Both the position numbers and the translations under genes were made by a program. Under the pieces are notes generated by a model. The model ran no database searches. It saw only the letters and a list, made by a program, of their open reading frames with translations, and was not told the DNA's origin. From IMG/VR virus record IMGVR_UViG_3300037485_000225, positions 1-64,000 of that record: a DNA stretch of 64,000 nucleotides. One strand, written 5' to 3'. Source of the stretch: a virus. Below, one piece after another: positions 55,901 to 64,000 of this stretch (its first letter is position 1; each line of letters begins with the position of its first letter).

Positions 55901-57910
55901 TCTTTCTTCCCATTAATTGAAGCTTCATTGTTCCAAAAGTTCTCTAGAACTAGTGATATTCTAGCAGAAGGTAGAGACTTCTTTAGTGATTTAATAAATG
56001 TTAGAGTGAATGAGAGTCAACAATATTCTAAAACTGATCCTGAAACAGGAGAACGTAAAAGAATCACTCCTACTTATTTCACTACTAATAGAAACATTGA
56101 TGAAGATACAGATAAAGCTGTACATAAACTATCTACAGATTTAAACAAGGTGGGTACAATGTGGATACAGGCTCTAATGAAATATCAACAAATCAAGGGA
56201 GTTGAGAACACATTACTTATATTAGATAAGGTGGAACAAGCTAAAGAAGCGTTATTACTAGATGATAATCAGAGTGTTGTTGTAGAGGGGGGAGTTAATA
56301 TGACCTTTAAGAGTAAAAGAAATGCTGATGCTCTTAGAGTGATTATAGATGACTATCTATATGGACTAGGAGAAGATTTAAATTCTCTTGGTAATCGTAC
56401 ATTAAGTAATGTTACAGGTAAGTTTAAAGAAGGAGAAAAAAGTGAAAACACCCAAATTTCTATTAAGAAAGGATTAAGAAATTCAAACAAACTTATACAA
56501 GCAGGTGCTGTTGGTTTAAAGCCATTGATTGCTATTGCTAACACATTTGGTAACCAGTTCCAAGCATTTATCAATGCTGGTAATAAAATTAAGCGTGGAG
56601 ATGCTACAAAGAATCTTGCTAAGATTGTTTCAGGAGTAGGAGTTACCACAATAGATAAAGGACTATTAGATTTGATTGTTCCATTAAATGAGGATGTAGC
56701 TTTACAAAAAAGAAGAGATATTGCTAAAGGACAGTCTTATATTAAATGGTTAGGTACATGGAGCTTCAGTGATGCAATGATGTCTACTAACTCAATTCCA
56801 GAGAAGAGAATGCAACTAGGAATAGGTTTAGCAATGAATGATAATTCTATGGTTAAGAATGGTAAGATTGTAAACATCAGACAATATGTTAAAGCTGAGG
56901 ATAGAAAAAAGAAATATGCAAAGGGGGTTACAGAAGAAGGAAGAAGAGATATAGAAAAAACGTATGAAGATAGGGTGAAAGCTCTTCAGGAAAGTAGTTC
57001 TCTTCCTAAAATTGCTAAGATTGAAAATGATGAGGTGGTTATACCTGGAGTATCTGATGAAGCATTAGCTGAATATCGTACATCAATTATTGACTATATT
57101 AAGAAGTTAAATGGCCAAATGAGTCAAGATAACAAAGCTGGTTATAGTAGAGACACTATATTTAAATCATTTATGATGTTCAGAACTTGGATACCTAAGT
57201 TAGTGAGCGAGCGTACTATGGATATAAATAAAAGTGTAGAACAAGAAGATTGGGAATATGGTAGAGTGAGAGCATTTTTGAAAACTTGGGCCCATCTAGG
57301 GTTTAAGAATATTTTCAAAATGAGAGAAATCATCAATGGTACAGATAAAGGTCTTGCCATATTAGATGAAATGCTAGAAGCTAAAAAAGCAGAATACCTA
57401 AGAAAGAATGGTAAAGAGTTACATATTACAAAAGAAGAGTTTTATGATTTAATGAGAAAAGAACTTTCTAACGAAATGAAAGAGTTAGGACTTCTTCTTA
57501 GTATGATAGGAATCTTCTTTGCTGCAAAAGCTGCTGCTCCTCCAGAAGATGCTGATGCTCTTACAAAAAATAGATACAAATATTTAGCTAAGGGTATTAA
57601 TAAAATTGTAGATGAGGTGAGCTTCTATTATAACCCATTATCATTTGAAGCTATAAGTAAAGGTAACATTGTACCAGCTCTTTCATTATTGGTAAAAGCT
57701 GAAAAAGTTTTCACTCAACTAAGTAAAGAAGCATATGGTCAATATACAGGAGATCAAAAAATGATAGATGAAGCACATCCTGGTAAATACATATTTGATA
57801 TGCTTCCTCCTTTCTCACAAATTCAAACAGAGATTCTACCATACGTAGATGCTGAATTTGCTAAAGAGTGGGGAATTAGAGTTAGTTCTCAGTCTAGAGT
57901 GTCTAGATAA
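52931..57910 (+). CDS. large virion/ejection protein (1659 aa)
   Basis: Continuous 5-kb ORF; coiled-coil rich. C-terminal hydrophobic segment LGLLLSMIGIFFAAKAAAPP. The true start may be a downstream Met. Confidence 0.5.
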   Translation: MLCNVRTNSVNSLIKKGAIDSSMTIIDGELFNELNQTYSDIAKTKYGVKNDGLLFSKQSKEVPRLGASVYYREDTKSVLKAVGNDEMFEELQNNYNSQTGQSFQLDSVPASKSSPELIAKIMAVGKQMGIDFQDLATYAKKTGLDTKDIAGVADLFRGVVAVAEGREDQALTEEIVHIATAILEQTNPQLITSLISQIGKYKIYNVTLDAYKNKKEYQLSNGKPDIRKIKKEAVDKLIVEMMINQSEGSTDFPELMEKKDRNAVQRMWDAVLEAIRSLYRKSKIDLFGETAARIAAGDVKGTVADIKEGGVFFQTEQIEALNKYYDQIIDKDGRLKIVLETKDANGNVIKKRHRMFDGTIEVEQSVTEKAKGQKKYEEAAPEQQIKYDQMKDWGTVGHDFMRDVFNNELIDANGYKKAETPTNIKTTLNPDLQKKIRDFARELINSYKPGTRFIIERQVINDKVKGMIASTVDFKALEPNTDPKTMDKIPFYIDTLDWKFTSLNKENNEDIPFPKQKEWKIQMGEYGKMDIVYGAKYEQLRKQRMIQFIAGYTPKIKDDKTSPLVLTTLEIGKLDNVKETNLYLLPVALDTETTGNKEVDSLVKSLRTYYEKLYIAPVTEGKKWVKKKTDLNQISKAIRHLHMQLNFEPLYNTSKTFLNNAAESFKSFENVDYNKLTKEEIEDKLKDLLELQRSAEKFTRLDEVFLTTFPPGTQLNEKDNATLKNLRQVARSTQEMENKIIKLSQNYVKWLVVKTGVLEEAFAEEAINAEVEVDTMSKTFLEGSKLDPVLTRTAAKLVQDSSNLAAIKTGRMINAFAKLLAPLQKQADAFGKSAFDMIGKVSGGNLELFKKIDSQFFKDLKKAKEDKNKQFLLDNMNVAEYNKLSKQQIDDEIEVINKTTYSTNSDDNFDIQQRRIKNVRNEFDINRETFNGYNSYQFKKLYEKVIKEEDHYSEEYKEMQKNKPALDMWEFLTALNQEAINMGYLNKQGLSFFPLIEASLFQKFSRTSDILAEGRDFFSDLINVRVNESQQYSKTDPETGERKRITPTYFTTNRNIDEDTDKAVHKLSTDLNKVGTMWIQALMKYQQIKGVENTLLILDKVEQAKEALLLDDNQSVVVEGGVNMTFKSKRNADALRVIIDDYLYGLGEDLNSLGNRTLSNVTGKFKEGEKSENTQISIKKGLRNSNKLIQAGAVGLKPLIAIANTFGNQFQAFINAGNKIKRGDATKNLAKIVSGVGVTTIDKGLLDLIVPLNEDVALQKRRDIAKGQSYIKWLGTWSFSDAMMSTNSIPEKRMQLGIGLAMNDNSMVKNGKIVNIRQYVKAEDRKKKYAKGVTEEGRRDIEKTYEDRVKALQESSSLPKIAKIENDEVVIPGVSDEALAEYRTSIIDYIKKLNGQMSQDNKAGYSRDTIFKSFMMFRTWIPKLVSERTMDINKSVEQEDWEYGRVRAFLKTWAHLGFKNIFKMREIINGTDKGLAILDEMLEAKKAEYLRKNGKELHITKEEFYDLMRKELSNEMKELGLLLSMIGIFFAAKAAAPPEDADALTKNRYKYLAKGINKIVDEVSFYYNPLSFEAISKGNIVPALSLLVKAEKVFTQLSKEAYGQYTGDQKMIDEAHPGKYIFDMLPPFSQIQTEILPYVDAEFAKEWGIRVSSQSRVSR

Positions 57911-57977
57911 AAGCTCACATGTATTGCTATATTATGTAGGAATACTTTTTCCAATACATTGAAAATAAATTAAATTA

Positions 57978-58030
57978 CCTATTTTTGCTATAATTAGTGC
58001 AGAATGTATAATATTCTTGCACTAATTTGT
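57978..58030 (+). promoter_or_regulatory. promoter-like region with an operator-like palindrome upstream of the collagen-like fibre gene
   Basis: TATTTTTG at 57980-57987 and TAATTTG at 58023-58029 both fit the -7 TAnnTTTG element. Imperfect palindrome GTGCAGAAT-gtataata-TTCTTGCAC at 57998-58022 encloses TATAAT. Confidence 0.4.
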
Positions 58031-58063
58031 ATATCAATAGATTACATATAACACATTATTACT

Positions 58064-61000
58064 ATGAATGTCACTTGCTCAGCAACCCCATGTCCAGTTA
58101 TATTAGATTCGACCTGCGTATTTTACGAAGGTTCTTATCTTGTATACACAGGTATTGATACAAATGATAATTTACAAACAGCTTTACAAAAGATTGATGC
58201 TGCATTTGCTGATGTTAGTGGAACATCTGGAACTTCTGGTACTAGTGGTGTGTCTGGATCTTCTGGTACATCTGGAATAAATGGTACATCAGGTGATGAT
58301 GGAACTTCTGGTACTAGTGGTATAAATGGAACAAGTGGAACAAGTGGTTCTAGTGGAGCTAATGGTTCTTCTGGAACTTCAGGAACAAGAGGAACTTCAG
58401 GTACTAGTGGAGCAAATGGTACAAATGGAACTAGTGGAGCAAATGGTACAAACGGAACATCAGGAACAAGTGGAGCAGTAGGAGGAGATGGTACAAGTGG
58501 TACTAGTGGAACAAGAGGTACGTCAGGAACTTCAGGGTCTAGCGGTACAACTGGTACAAGTGGTACAAGGGGAACTAGTGGAACTAGTGGATCAAGTGGA
58601 ACAACAGGTACTAGTGGTACTTCTGCAACAGCAGGTACATCTGGATCTAGTGGTTTACAAGGTGATAGATATGCTACAACTTCTACAACATTATTTACTT
58701 TAGGTAATGCTGGTACAATCACAGTGGGTACTACATTAGCTTACACACCAGGTCAAACTGTTGTAATAGCTTATGATGCTACAAACTATCAAGAAAGTAC
58801 TGTAATTGCATATAATAGCGGAACAGGATCTTTACAATTTAGTGCACCTATCAACACAGTTGGTAGTGGAGCATATGCTGATTGGAGTGTTAACTTGGCA
58901 GGAGCAAGTGGAGGAGATGGTACATCTGGTACTTCTGGTTCAACAGGAACTAGTGGTACATCAGGATCTACTGGAACTTCAGGAACAACTGGTACAAGTG
59001 GTTCTTCTGGAACCTCTGCAACTAGTGGTTCATCAGGAACTAGTGGTAGCACAGGAACTTCAGGTTCTTCTGGTACTGACGGTTCTTCTGGAACTACTGG
59101 TACATCTGGCACATCAGGAACAACTGGTGTAGATGGTACATCAGGAACAACTGGTACATCTGGCACTTCTGGAACAACAGGAACTAGTGGAACTAGTGCT
59201 AATGATGGTACAAGTGGTACTTCAGGAATAGACGGTACTTCAGGTACATCTGGAACAGACGGAACTAGTGGTACAACAGGAACTTCTGGTACATCTGGTA
59301 CTGATGGAACTAGTGGTACAACAGGAACTTCTGGTTCTTCTGGCTCTAGTGCAACCTCTGGAACATCTGGTACAACTGGAACTAGTGGTACAAGTGGATC
59401 TAGTGGTAGTAGTGCAACAAGTGGTACTACAGGTACAAGTGGTACATCAGGTATTGATGGAACTAATGGTACAAGTGGAACTTCAGGTACATCTGCTACA
59501 TCAGGCACAAGTGGTTCTGATGGAACAAGTGGGACCTCTGGTACTAGTGGTATAGATGGAACTTCTGGCACAAGTGGAATAGATGGAACTTCTGGCACTG
59601 ATGGTACTTCAGGTACTGATGGAACTTCTGGAAGTGATGGTACATCAGGTACAAGTGGTACAAGCGGTACAAGTGGTACAAGCGGTACAAGTGCAACTGA
59701 TGGTACAAGTGGTACAAGTGGTACTGACGGTACAAGTGGAACAAGTGGTACTGACGGAACATCTGGAACTAGTGGAATAGATGGTACAAGTGGAACTAGT
59801 GCAATAGATGGTACATCTGGTACTGCTGGAACTTCAGGTACAACAGGTACTTCTGGAACTAGTGGAACCAATGGTACTGATGGAACGTCAGGTACTGATG
59901 GTAGCAGTGGAACAGCTGGTACAAGTGGTACTTCTGGAACTAGTGGTACAACTGGTACAAGTGGTACAAGTGCAACTGATGGAACGTCAGGTACAAGCGG
60001 TACAACTGGAACTAGTGGTACTTCAGGAACAACTGGAACTAGCGGAACGTCTGGTACAACAGGTACAAGCGGAACATCTGGAACAGATGGTACTTCAGGT
60101 ACTGCAGGTACTTCAGGTATTCAAGGAGACATATATGCTTCTTCTTCTACTGATAGTTTAACAATAGGATTAGGTGTACAAAATTTAACAATAGGAACAG
60201 GCTTAGCTTATACAGTTGGTCAAACTGCATTAGTTGCATATGACGCAAGTAATAGCATGGTAGGTACTGTTCTTTCATATAATAGCGGAACTGGTGCTTT
60301 CTCAATAGATGTATATGACTTCTTAGGAGGTGGTACATATTCTACATGGGCAGTTAACTTAGCTGGTGCATCTGGTGGTGATGGTAGCTCAGGATCTAGT
60401 GGTACAAGTGGAATAGATGGAACATCTGGTACAAGTGGTACTAGTGGTACTTCAGGAACAACTGGTACTAGTGGTACAAGTGGAACCACTGGAACAAGTG
60501 GTACTTCTGGAACTTCAGGTACAAGTGGAACAAGTGCTACAGATGGTACTAGTGGTACAAGTGGTACAACAGGCACAAGTGGAACATCAGGCACTACAGG
60601 AACAAGTGGTACTAGTGGTACAAGTGGTACATCTGGTACATCTGGTACAAGTGGTACAGACGGAACTTCTGGTACAAGTGGTACAGACGGAACTTCTGGT
60701 ACAACTGGAACCTCAGGAACCAGTGGATCTACAGGTACTAGTGGTACAAGTGGTACTTCAGGTACAACGGGAACTTCTGGAACTTCTGGAACAAGTGGTA
60801 TTAATGGTGTGTCAACTAATTTATTTTTATACGAAGCTGATGCAAACACTTTTTCGGGCGCACCTTCAAGTGGACATATTCTTTGGAATAATGCCACACA
60901 AATAAGTGCTACCCAAATAAATATAAATCACTTAACAGATACCCCGATAACAGATATTGATATATTTTTATCTTTATTACAAACAGGACAAAAGTTAACA

Positions 61001-61921
61001 ATACAAGACAGAAGTAATTCAGCTAATTACCAAATATGGACAATTAGCGCTACTCCTACTTATGTCCCTACAACTTATTGGACTATACCTGTTACATTGG
61101 TATCTTCAGCAGGAACGGGAACAACAGGGTTTGCTAATAACCATCCAATATTTGTAGCTACATCTGCTTTTAGTGGAACGAGTGGAACAACGGGTACTTC
61201 TGGTACAAGTGGCACTGGAACTAGTGGTACATCTGGTACAACTGGAACTTCTGGAACTACAGGTACAAGTGGTACATCAGGTACTTCAGCTACAGATGGA
61301 ACTAGTGGTACAACTGGTACTAGCGGTACATCAGGCACTAGTGGTACAAGTGGAACATCAGCAACTGATGGAACAAGTGGTACTTCTGGCACCACAGGAA
61401 CTTCTGGAACAAGTGGAACATCTGGTTCAAGTGGTACAGCAGGTACAACAGGTACTTCAGGTACAAGTGGAACTGATGGCACAAGTGGAACAGCTGGTAC
61501 ATCTGGAACCTCAGGATCTAGTGGTACAACTGGAACAAGTGGAACAGCTGGAACAGCTGGTACAGCAGGTACAAGTGGTACATCTTGTGGATTATGTGGA
61601 ACAAGTGGAAATACAATTACTATTCCTTCTACTCCTGCTACAACTACTACAACTACAACAGCTGGTCCTGTGGTATATACAATTGATTCATTTGGAACAG
61701 GTAGTGCCTTTGATGCTTGTACTACTGGAAGTCCAACAATCACTGTATATGCATTACCAGGTTATACAACACCTATTGTTGGCATGATTCTTTATGATAG
61801 TTCAAGTTTAACAACTCCTTATATTGGTGGAGCAGGTTGGAGAAAATTAATACAAGGTGCTACAAGTTATGCAGCAGAAGTAGATATTAATGGAGAAATT
61901 ACAAACTATTCAGCTTGTTAA
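58064..61921 (+). CDS. collagen-like tail fibre (1285 aa) with two interruption domains, a second globular domain and a Cys-containing C-terminal domain
   Basis: N-terminus (C..C...C.FYEG...YTG.D.ND.LQ.ALQKID.A) is homologous to the N-termini of 15586 and 16770. Long G-T-S/G-x-y runs. Interruption domains at 58661-58920 and 60125-60384. Non-collagen segment 60800-61190. C-terminal SCGLCG...poly-T...Cys domain. Confidence 0.8.
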   Translation: MNVTCSATPCPVILDSTCVFYEGSYLVYTGIDTNDNLQTALQKIDAAFADVSGTSGTSGTSGVSGSSGTSGINGTSGDDGTSGTSGINGTSGTSGSSGANGSSGTSGTRGTSGTSGANGTNGTSGANGTNGTSGTSGAVGGDGTSGTSGTRGTSGTSGSSGTTGTSGTRGTSGTSGSSGTTGTSGTSATAGTSGSSGLQGDRYATTSTTLFTLGNAGTITVGTTLAYTPGQTVVIAYDATNYQESTVIAYNSGTGSLQFSAPINTVGSGAYADWSVNLAGASGGDGTSGTSGSTGTSGTSGSTGTSGTTGTSGSSGTSATSGSSGTSGSTGTSGSSGTDGSSGTTGTSGTSGTTGVDGTSGTTGTSGTSGTTGTSGTSANDGTSGTSGIDGTSGTSGTDGTSGTTGTSGTSGTDGTSGTTGTSGSSGSSATSGTSGTTGTSGTSGSSGSSATSGTTGTSGTSGIDGTNGTSGTSGTSATSGTSGSDGTSGTSGTSGIDGTSGTSGIDGTSGTDGTSGTDGTSGSDGTSGTSGTSGTSGTSGTSATDGTSGTSGTDGTSGTSGTDGTSGTSGIDGTSGTSAIDGTSGTAGTSGTTGTSGTSGTNGTDGTSGTDGSSGTAGTSGTSGTSGTTGTSGTSATDGTSGTSGTTGTSGTSGTTGTSGTSGTTGTSGTSGTDGTSGTAGTSGIQGDIYASSSTDSLTIGLGVQNLTIGTGLAYTVGQTALVAYDASNSMVGTVLSYNSGTGAFSIDVYDFLGGGTYSTWAVNLAGASGGDGSSGSSGTSGIDGTSGTSGTSGTSGTTGTSGTSGTTGTSGTSGTSGTSGTSATDGTSGTSGTTGTSGTSGTTGTSGTSGTSGTSGTSGTSGTDGTSGTSGTDGTSGTTGTSGTSGSTGTSGTSGTSGTTGTSGTSGTSGINGVSTNLFLYEADANTFSGAPSSGHILWNNATQISATQININHLTDTPITDIDIFLSLLQTGQKLTIQDRSNSANYQIWTISATPTYVPTTYWTIPVTLVSSAGTGTTGFANNHPIFVATSAFSGTSGTTGTSGTSGTGTSGTSGTTGTSGTTGTSGTSGTSATDGTSGTTGTSGTSGTSGTSGTSATDGTSGTSGTTGTSGTSGTSGSSGTAGTTGTSGTSGTDGTSGTAGTSGTSGSSGTTGTSGTAGTAGTAGTSGTSCGLCGTSGNTITIPSTPATTTTTTTAGPVVYTIDSFGTGSAFDACTTGSPTITVYALPGYTTPIVGMILYDSSSLTTPYIGGAGWRKLIQGATSYAAEVDINGEITNYSAC

Positions 61922-61947
61922 TAGATAAAAATGTAAAATAAATATAA

Positions 61948-63660
61948 ATGCCTTACGCTAATATTACCATAACTACCAATACAGATTTATCGTTTATAAC
62001 TGGACAATTTATCCAGCTTATAGCAGATAGTGATAACTATATTTTTGGTCAAATAGTTTCATACAATCCTGGTACTGGTTCATTAACTTTTACACCAACT
62101 AAAGAAGTTGGTAGTGGTAGTTACAGTACTTGGAACATAGTTGCCTCTGGTTCAGCTGGTGATGATGGTACAAGTGGTACTGCAGGAACATCTGGTACAA
62201 CAGGTACAAGTGGAACTACAGGTACCTCTGGAACAAGTGCTACTTCTGGTACTACTGGTACAAGCGGTACATCTGCTACAAGTGGAACAAGTGGATCTAC
62301 AGGAACATCTGGTTCTAGTGGTACATCAGGTACAGACGGTACATCAGGTACAACTGGTACTTCAGGAACTACTGGAACTTCTGGTTCTAGTGGAACTACT
62401 GGTACATCAGGTACATCAGGTAGTGATGGTACTAGTGGAACTTCAGGTACCTCAGGTACTAGTGGAACTACTGGTACAAGTGGTAGCTCAGGTAACTCAG
62501 GTGATAAGTATGCTACTACATCAACAACATCTTTTACTTTAGGTAATGCAGGAACATTAACAGTAGATACACTACTTGCTTATACACCAGCTCAATCTAT
62601 TATTGTTGTATATGATGCAAGTAATTATCAAGAGTGTGAGGTTATAAGTTATAACCCAGGAACAGGTGCTTTACAATTTGCTGCCCCTACTAGAACAATA
62701 GGTAGTGGTACATATATAAGCTGGGCAGTAAACTTGGATGGTGCTTCAGGAGGTGATGGTTCTTCAGGATCATCTGGTACTTCTGGATCATCTGCAACAA
62801 GTGGTACCTCTGGTACAAGTGGTGCTGATGGATCTAACGGTACATCAGGCACTTCTGGAACTACAGGTACTAGTGGAACTACTGGTACAAGTGGAACAGA
62901 TGGTACATCAGGTACTTCTGGTACAAGTGGAACAAGTGCTACAAGTGGAACTTCAGGTACCACTGGAACATCTGGAACTAGTGGAACATCTGCAACTAGT
63001 GGAACATCAGGTACAACTGGTACATCTGGTACAAGTGCTATTGATGGCACAAATGGTACCTCTGGAACTAGTGGAACCTCTGGTACAACTGGTACATCAG
63101 GTAGTTCTGGAACTAGTGGTACAAGTGCAACTTCTGGAACTTCTGGAACAACTGGCACAAGTGGTACAAGTGGTATTGATGGTACAAGTGGATCAAATGG
63201 TACATCTGGTAGTAGTGGATTAGGTTCAGAAACTATTCAAGCTTGTAGTACAGCAGGTACAGCAGGTACATTTGGTACATCAGGTACATCAGGTATAGCT
63301 ATTGATCTTATTAATGAAGCACAATATGTTGGTGCAGTTTATAACTATAATATAAATGATGGAACAAATTTCCAAACAGGAATTCTTGTAGTTGCTTGGA
63401 ATAACATATCAAATGAAGTGGTTATAACACAAGCTGCCCAAGCTACAATTGGAACAGTGACTGCATATTTCTTTGCAAAGCTTACAGGCGGTAATGTAGT
63501 ATTATCTCTTATAACAAACAATACTACAACTTTATGGAATGTTGTATTAACTAAGACAACCCTTCTTGATTGTGGTGGTTATATTCCTGAATCATTTATA
63601 GTGACAGAAGATAACAACTTTATAATAACTGAAAATGATAACTTTATCATAACTGAATAA
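61948..63660 (+). CDS. collagen-like fibre (570 aa) that begins with an interruption-type domain and ends in a globular C-terminal domain
   Basis: The N-terminal 75 aa (..LAY-like ...YNPGTGSLTF...GSGSYSTWNIVASGSAGDDG) is homologous to the internal interruption domain, which recurs at 62502-62760. G-T-S repeats. C-terminal domain ends in ITEDNNFIITENDNFIITE. Confidence 0.75.
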   Translation: MPYANITITTNTDLSFITGQFIQLIADSDNYIFGQIVSYNPGTGSLTFTPTKEVGSGSYSTWNIVASGSAGDDGTSGTAGTSGTTGTSGTTGTSGTSATSGTTGTSGTSATSGTSGSTGTSGSSGTSGTDGTSGTTGTSGTTGTSGSSGTTGTSGTSGSDGTSGTSGTSGTSGTTGTSGSSGNSGDKYATTSTTSFTLGNAGTLTVDTLLAYTPAQSIIVVYDASNYQECEVISYNPGTGALQFAAPTRTIGSGTYISWAVNLDGASGGDGSSGSSGTSGSSATSGTSGTSGADGSNGTSGTSGTTGTSGTTGTSGTDGTSGTSGTSGTSATSGTSGTTGTSGTSGTSATSGTSGTTGTSGTSAIDGTNGTSGTSGTSGTTGTSGSSGTSGTSATSGTSGTTGTSGTSGIDGTSGSNGTSGSSGLGSETIQACSTAGTAGTFGTSGTSGIAIDLINEAQYVGAVYNYNINDGTNFQTGILVVAWNNISNEVVITQAAQATIGTVTAYFFAKLTGGNVVLSLITNNTTTLWNVVLTKTTLLDCGGYIPESFIVTEDNNFIITENDNFIITE

Positions 63661-63665
63661 TAAAT

Positions 63666-63694
63666 ATAAAATATAAAATATAAAATATAAAAAT
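63666..63694. repeat. 7-bp tandem repeat (ATAAAAT)x4 immediately upstream of the last fibre gene
   Basis: ataaaat ataaaat ataaaat ataaaaat read directly between the stop at 63660 and the ATG at 63696. Confidence 0.6.
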
Positions 63695-63695
63695 A

Positions 63696-64000
63696 TGTCA
63701 AACGTAAAAATATCACAATTACCCAATCTAGCATCTGTAGAAGGAAGTAGTTTAGTTCCTGTTGTTCAGGATGGTGTTACGTATTCAACAACTGTTTCTA
63801 ACATAGGTACATTTGGTTCTAGTGGTACATCTGGTACATCTGGTACATCTGGTACAAGTGGTACATCTGGTACATCTGGTACAAGTGGTACAGACGGAAC
63901 TTCTGGTACTAGTGGTACATCAGGTACTGATGGAACTTCTGGAAGTGATGGTACATCAGGTACTAGTGGTACAAGTGGAACAAGTGGTACTGACGGTACT
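63696..64000 (+). CDS. collagen-like fibre protein, N-terminal fragment (continues beyond the window)
   Basis: [40 protein letters not shown], then [13 protein letters not shown]... through the window end. The ISQLP...PVVQ.G N-terminus is a recurring tail-fibre N-terminal motif, recalled rather than verified. Confidence 0.65.

Noticed and set aside
3890-57360. Numerous 60-130-aa minus-strand ORFs nested inside the large plus-strand genes, for example 3890-4078, 4053-4244, 41777-42166, 49664-49996, 53762-54124, 54224-54559
   Set aside because: Fully contained antisense to long, well-supported ORFs. Their Ser/Leu/Phe-rich composition is typical of antisense AT-rich coding DNA.
58135-63223. Same type of antisense or alternative-frame ORFs within the 58064 and 61948 fibre genes: 58135-58722(-), 58789-59871(-), 59544-59762(-), 60220-60897(-), 61075-61743(-), 62649-63158(-) and the plus-frame LVQ/VEQ ORFs
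   Set aside because: Repeat-induced frame artefacts. The collagen frame is continuous with globular domains at both ends.
1-64000. Integrase, transposase or other mobile-element boundaries
   Set aside because: No recombinase-like ORF, att-like repeat or IS terminal inverted repeat was recognised. The window appears internal to a phage genome or prophage.

Overview
AT-rich, densely packed, almost entirely plus-strand window that reads as the morphogenesis, tail-fibre and ejection module of a large tailed phage or prophage. Bacteroidetes-style promoter elements (TTTG / TAnnTTTG) and A-rich SD-less leaders suggest a Bacteroidetes host; this is an inference. Reading 5' to 3': one minus-strand gene (37-435), then a 1.1-kb noncoding strand-switch region with unusual G/C-rich hairpins and G7 tracts. 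Small early-type genes follow, including an HU-like protein and a Cys-rich zinc-ribbon-like protein. Next comes a canonical head block: large terminase, portal, an SPFH/band-7 protein, an acidic scaffold-like protein and a major capsid candidate. After that is a tail block with a tail-collar fibre, a BNR/Asp-box propeller protein and a 1678-aa tail protein. Then comes a 26.5-kb block of five huge genes (783, 1066, 883, 4387 and 1659 aa). The 4387-aa ORF (39753-52916) contains what looks like a complete two-barrel (double-psi beta-barrel) RNA polymerase core: a beta-like barrel and a beta-prime-like barrel with R-T-P-T...IEG...DFDID in place of the cellular NADFDGD. It also has N-terminal hydrophobic Gly/Ala segments and a C-terminal DprA/SLOG-like Rossmann motif, so it is probably a giant virion-packaged, ejected RNA polymerase in the manner of crAss-like phages. 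The window ends with a multigene family of collagen-like (Gly-X-Y, mostly G-T-S) fibre proteins (16770-19466, 58064-61921, 61948-63660, 63696->). These share N-terminal anchor domains and a recurring ~85-aa interruption domain. One carries a C-terminal S74-type intramolecular chaperone and a long in-frame tandem-repeat array. No tRNA, CRISPR, integrase or transposase was recognised. All domain calls rest on motifs read by eye and need HMM or structure confirmation.
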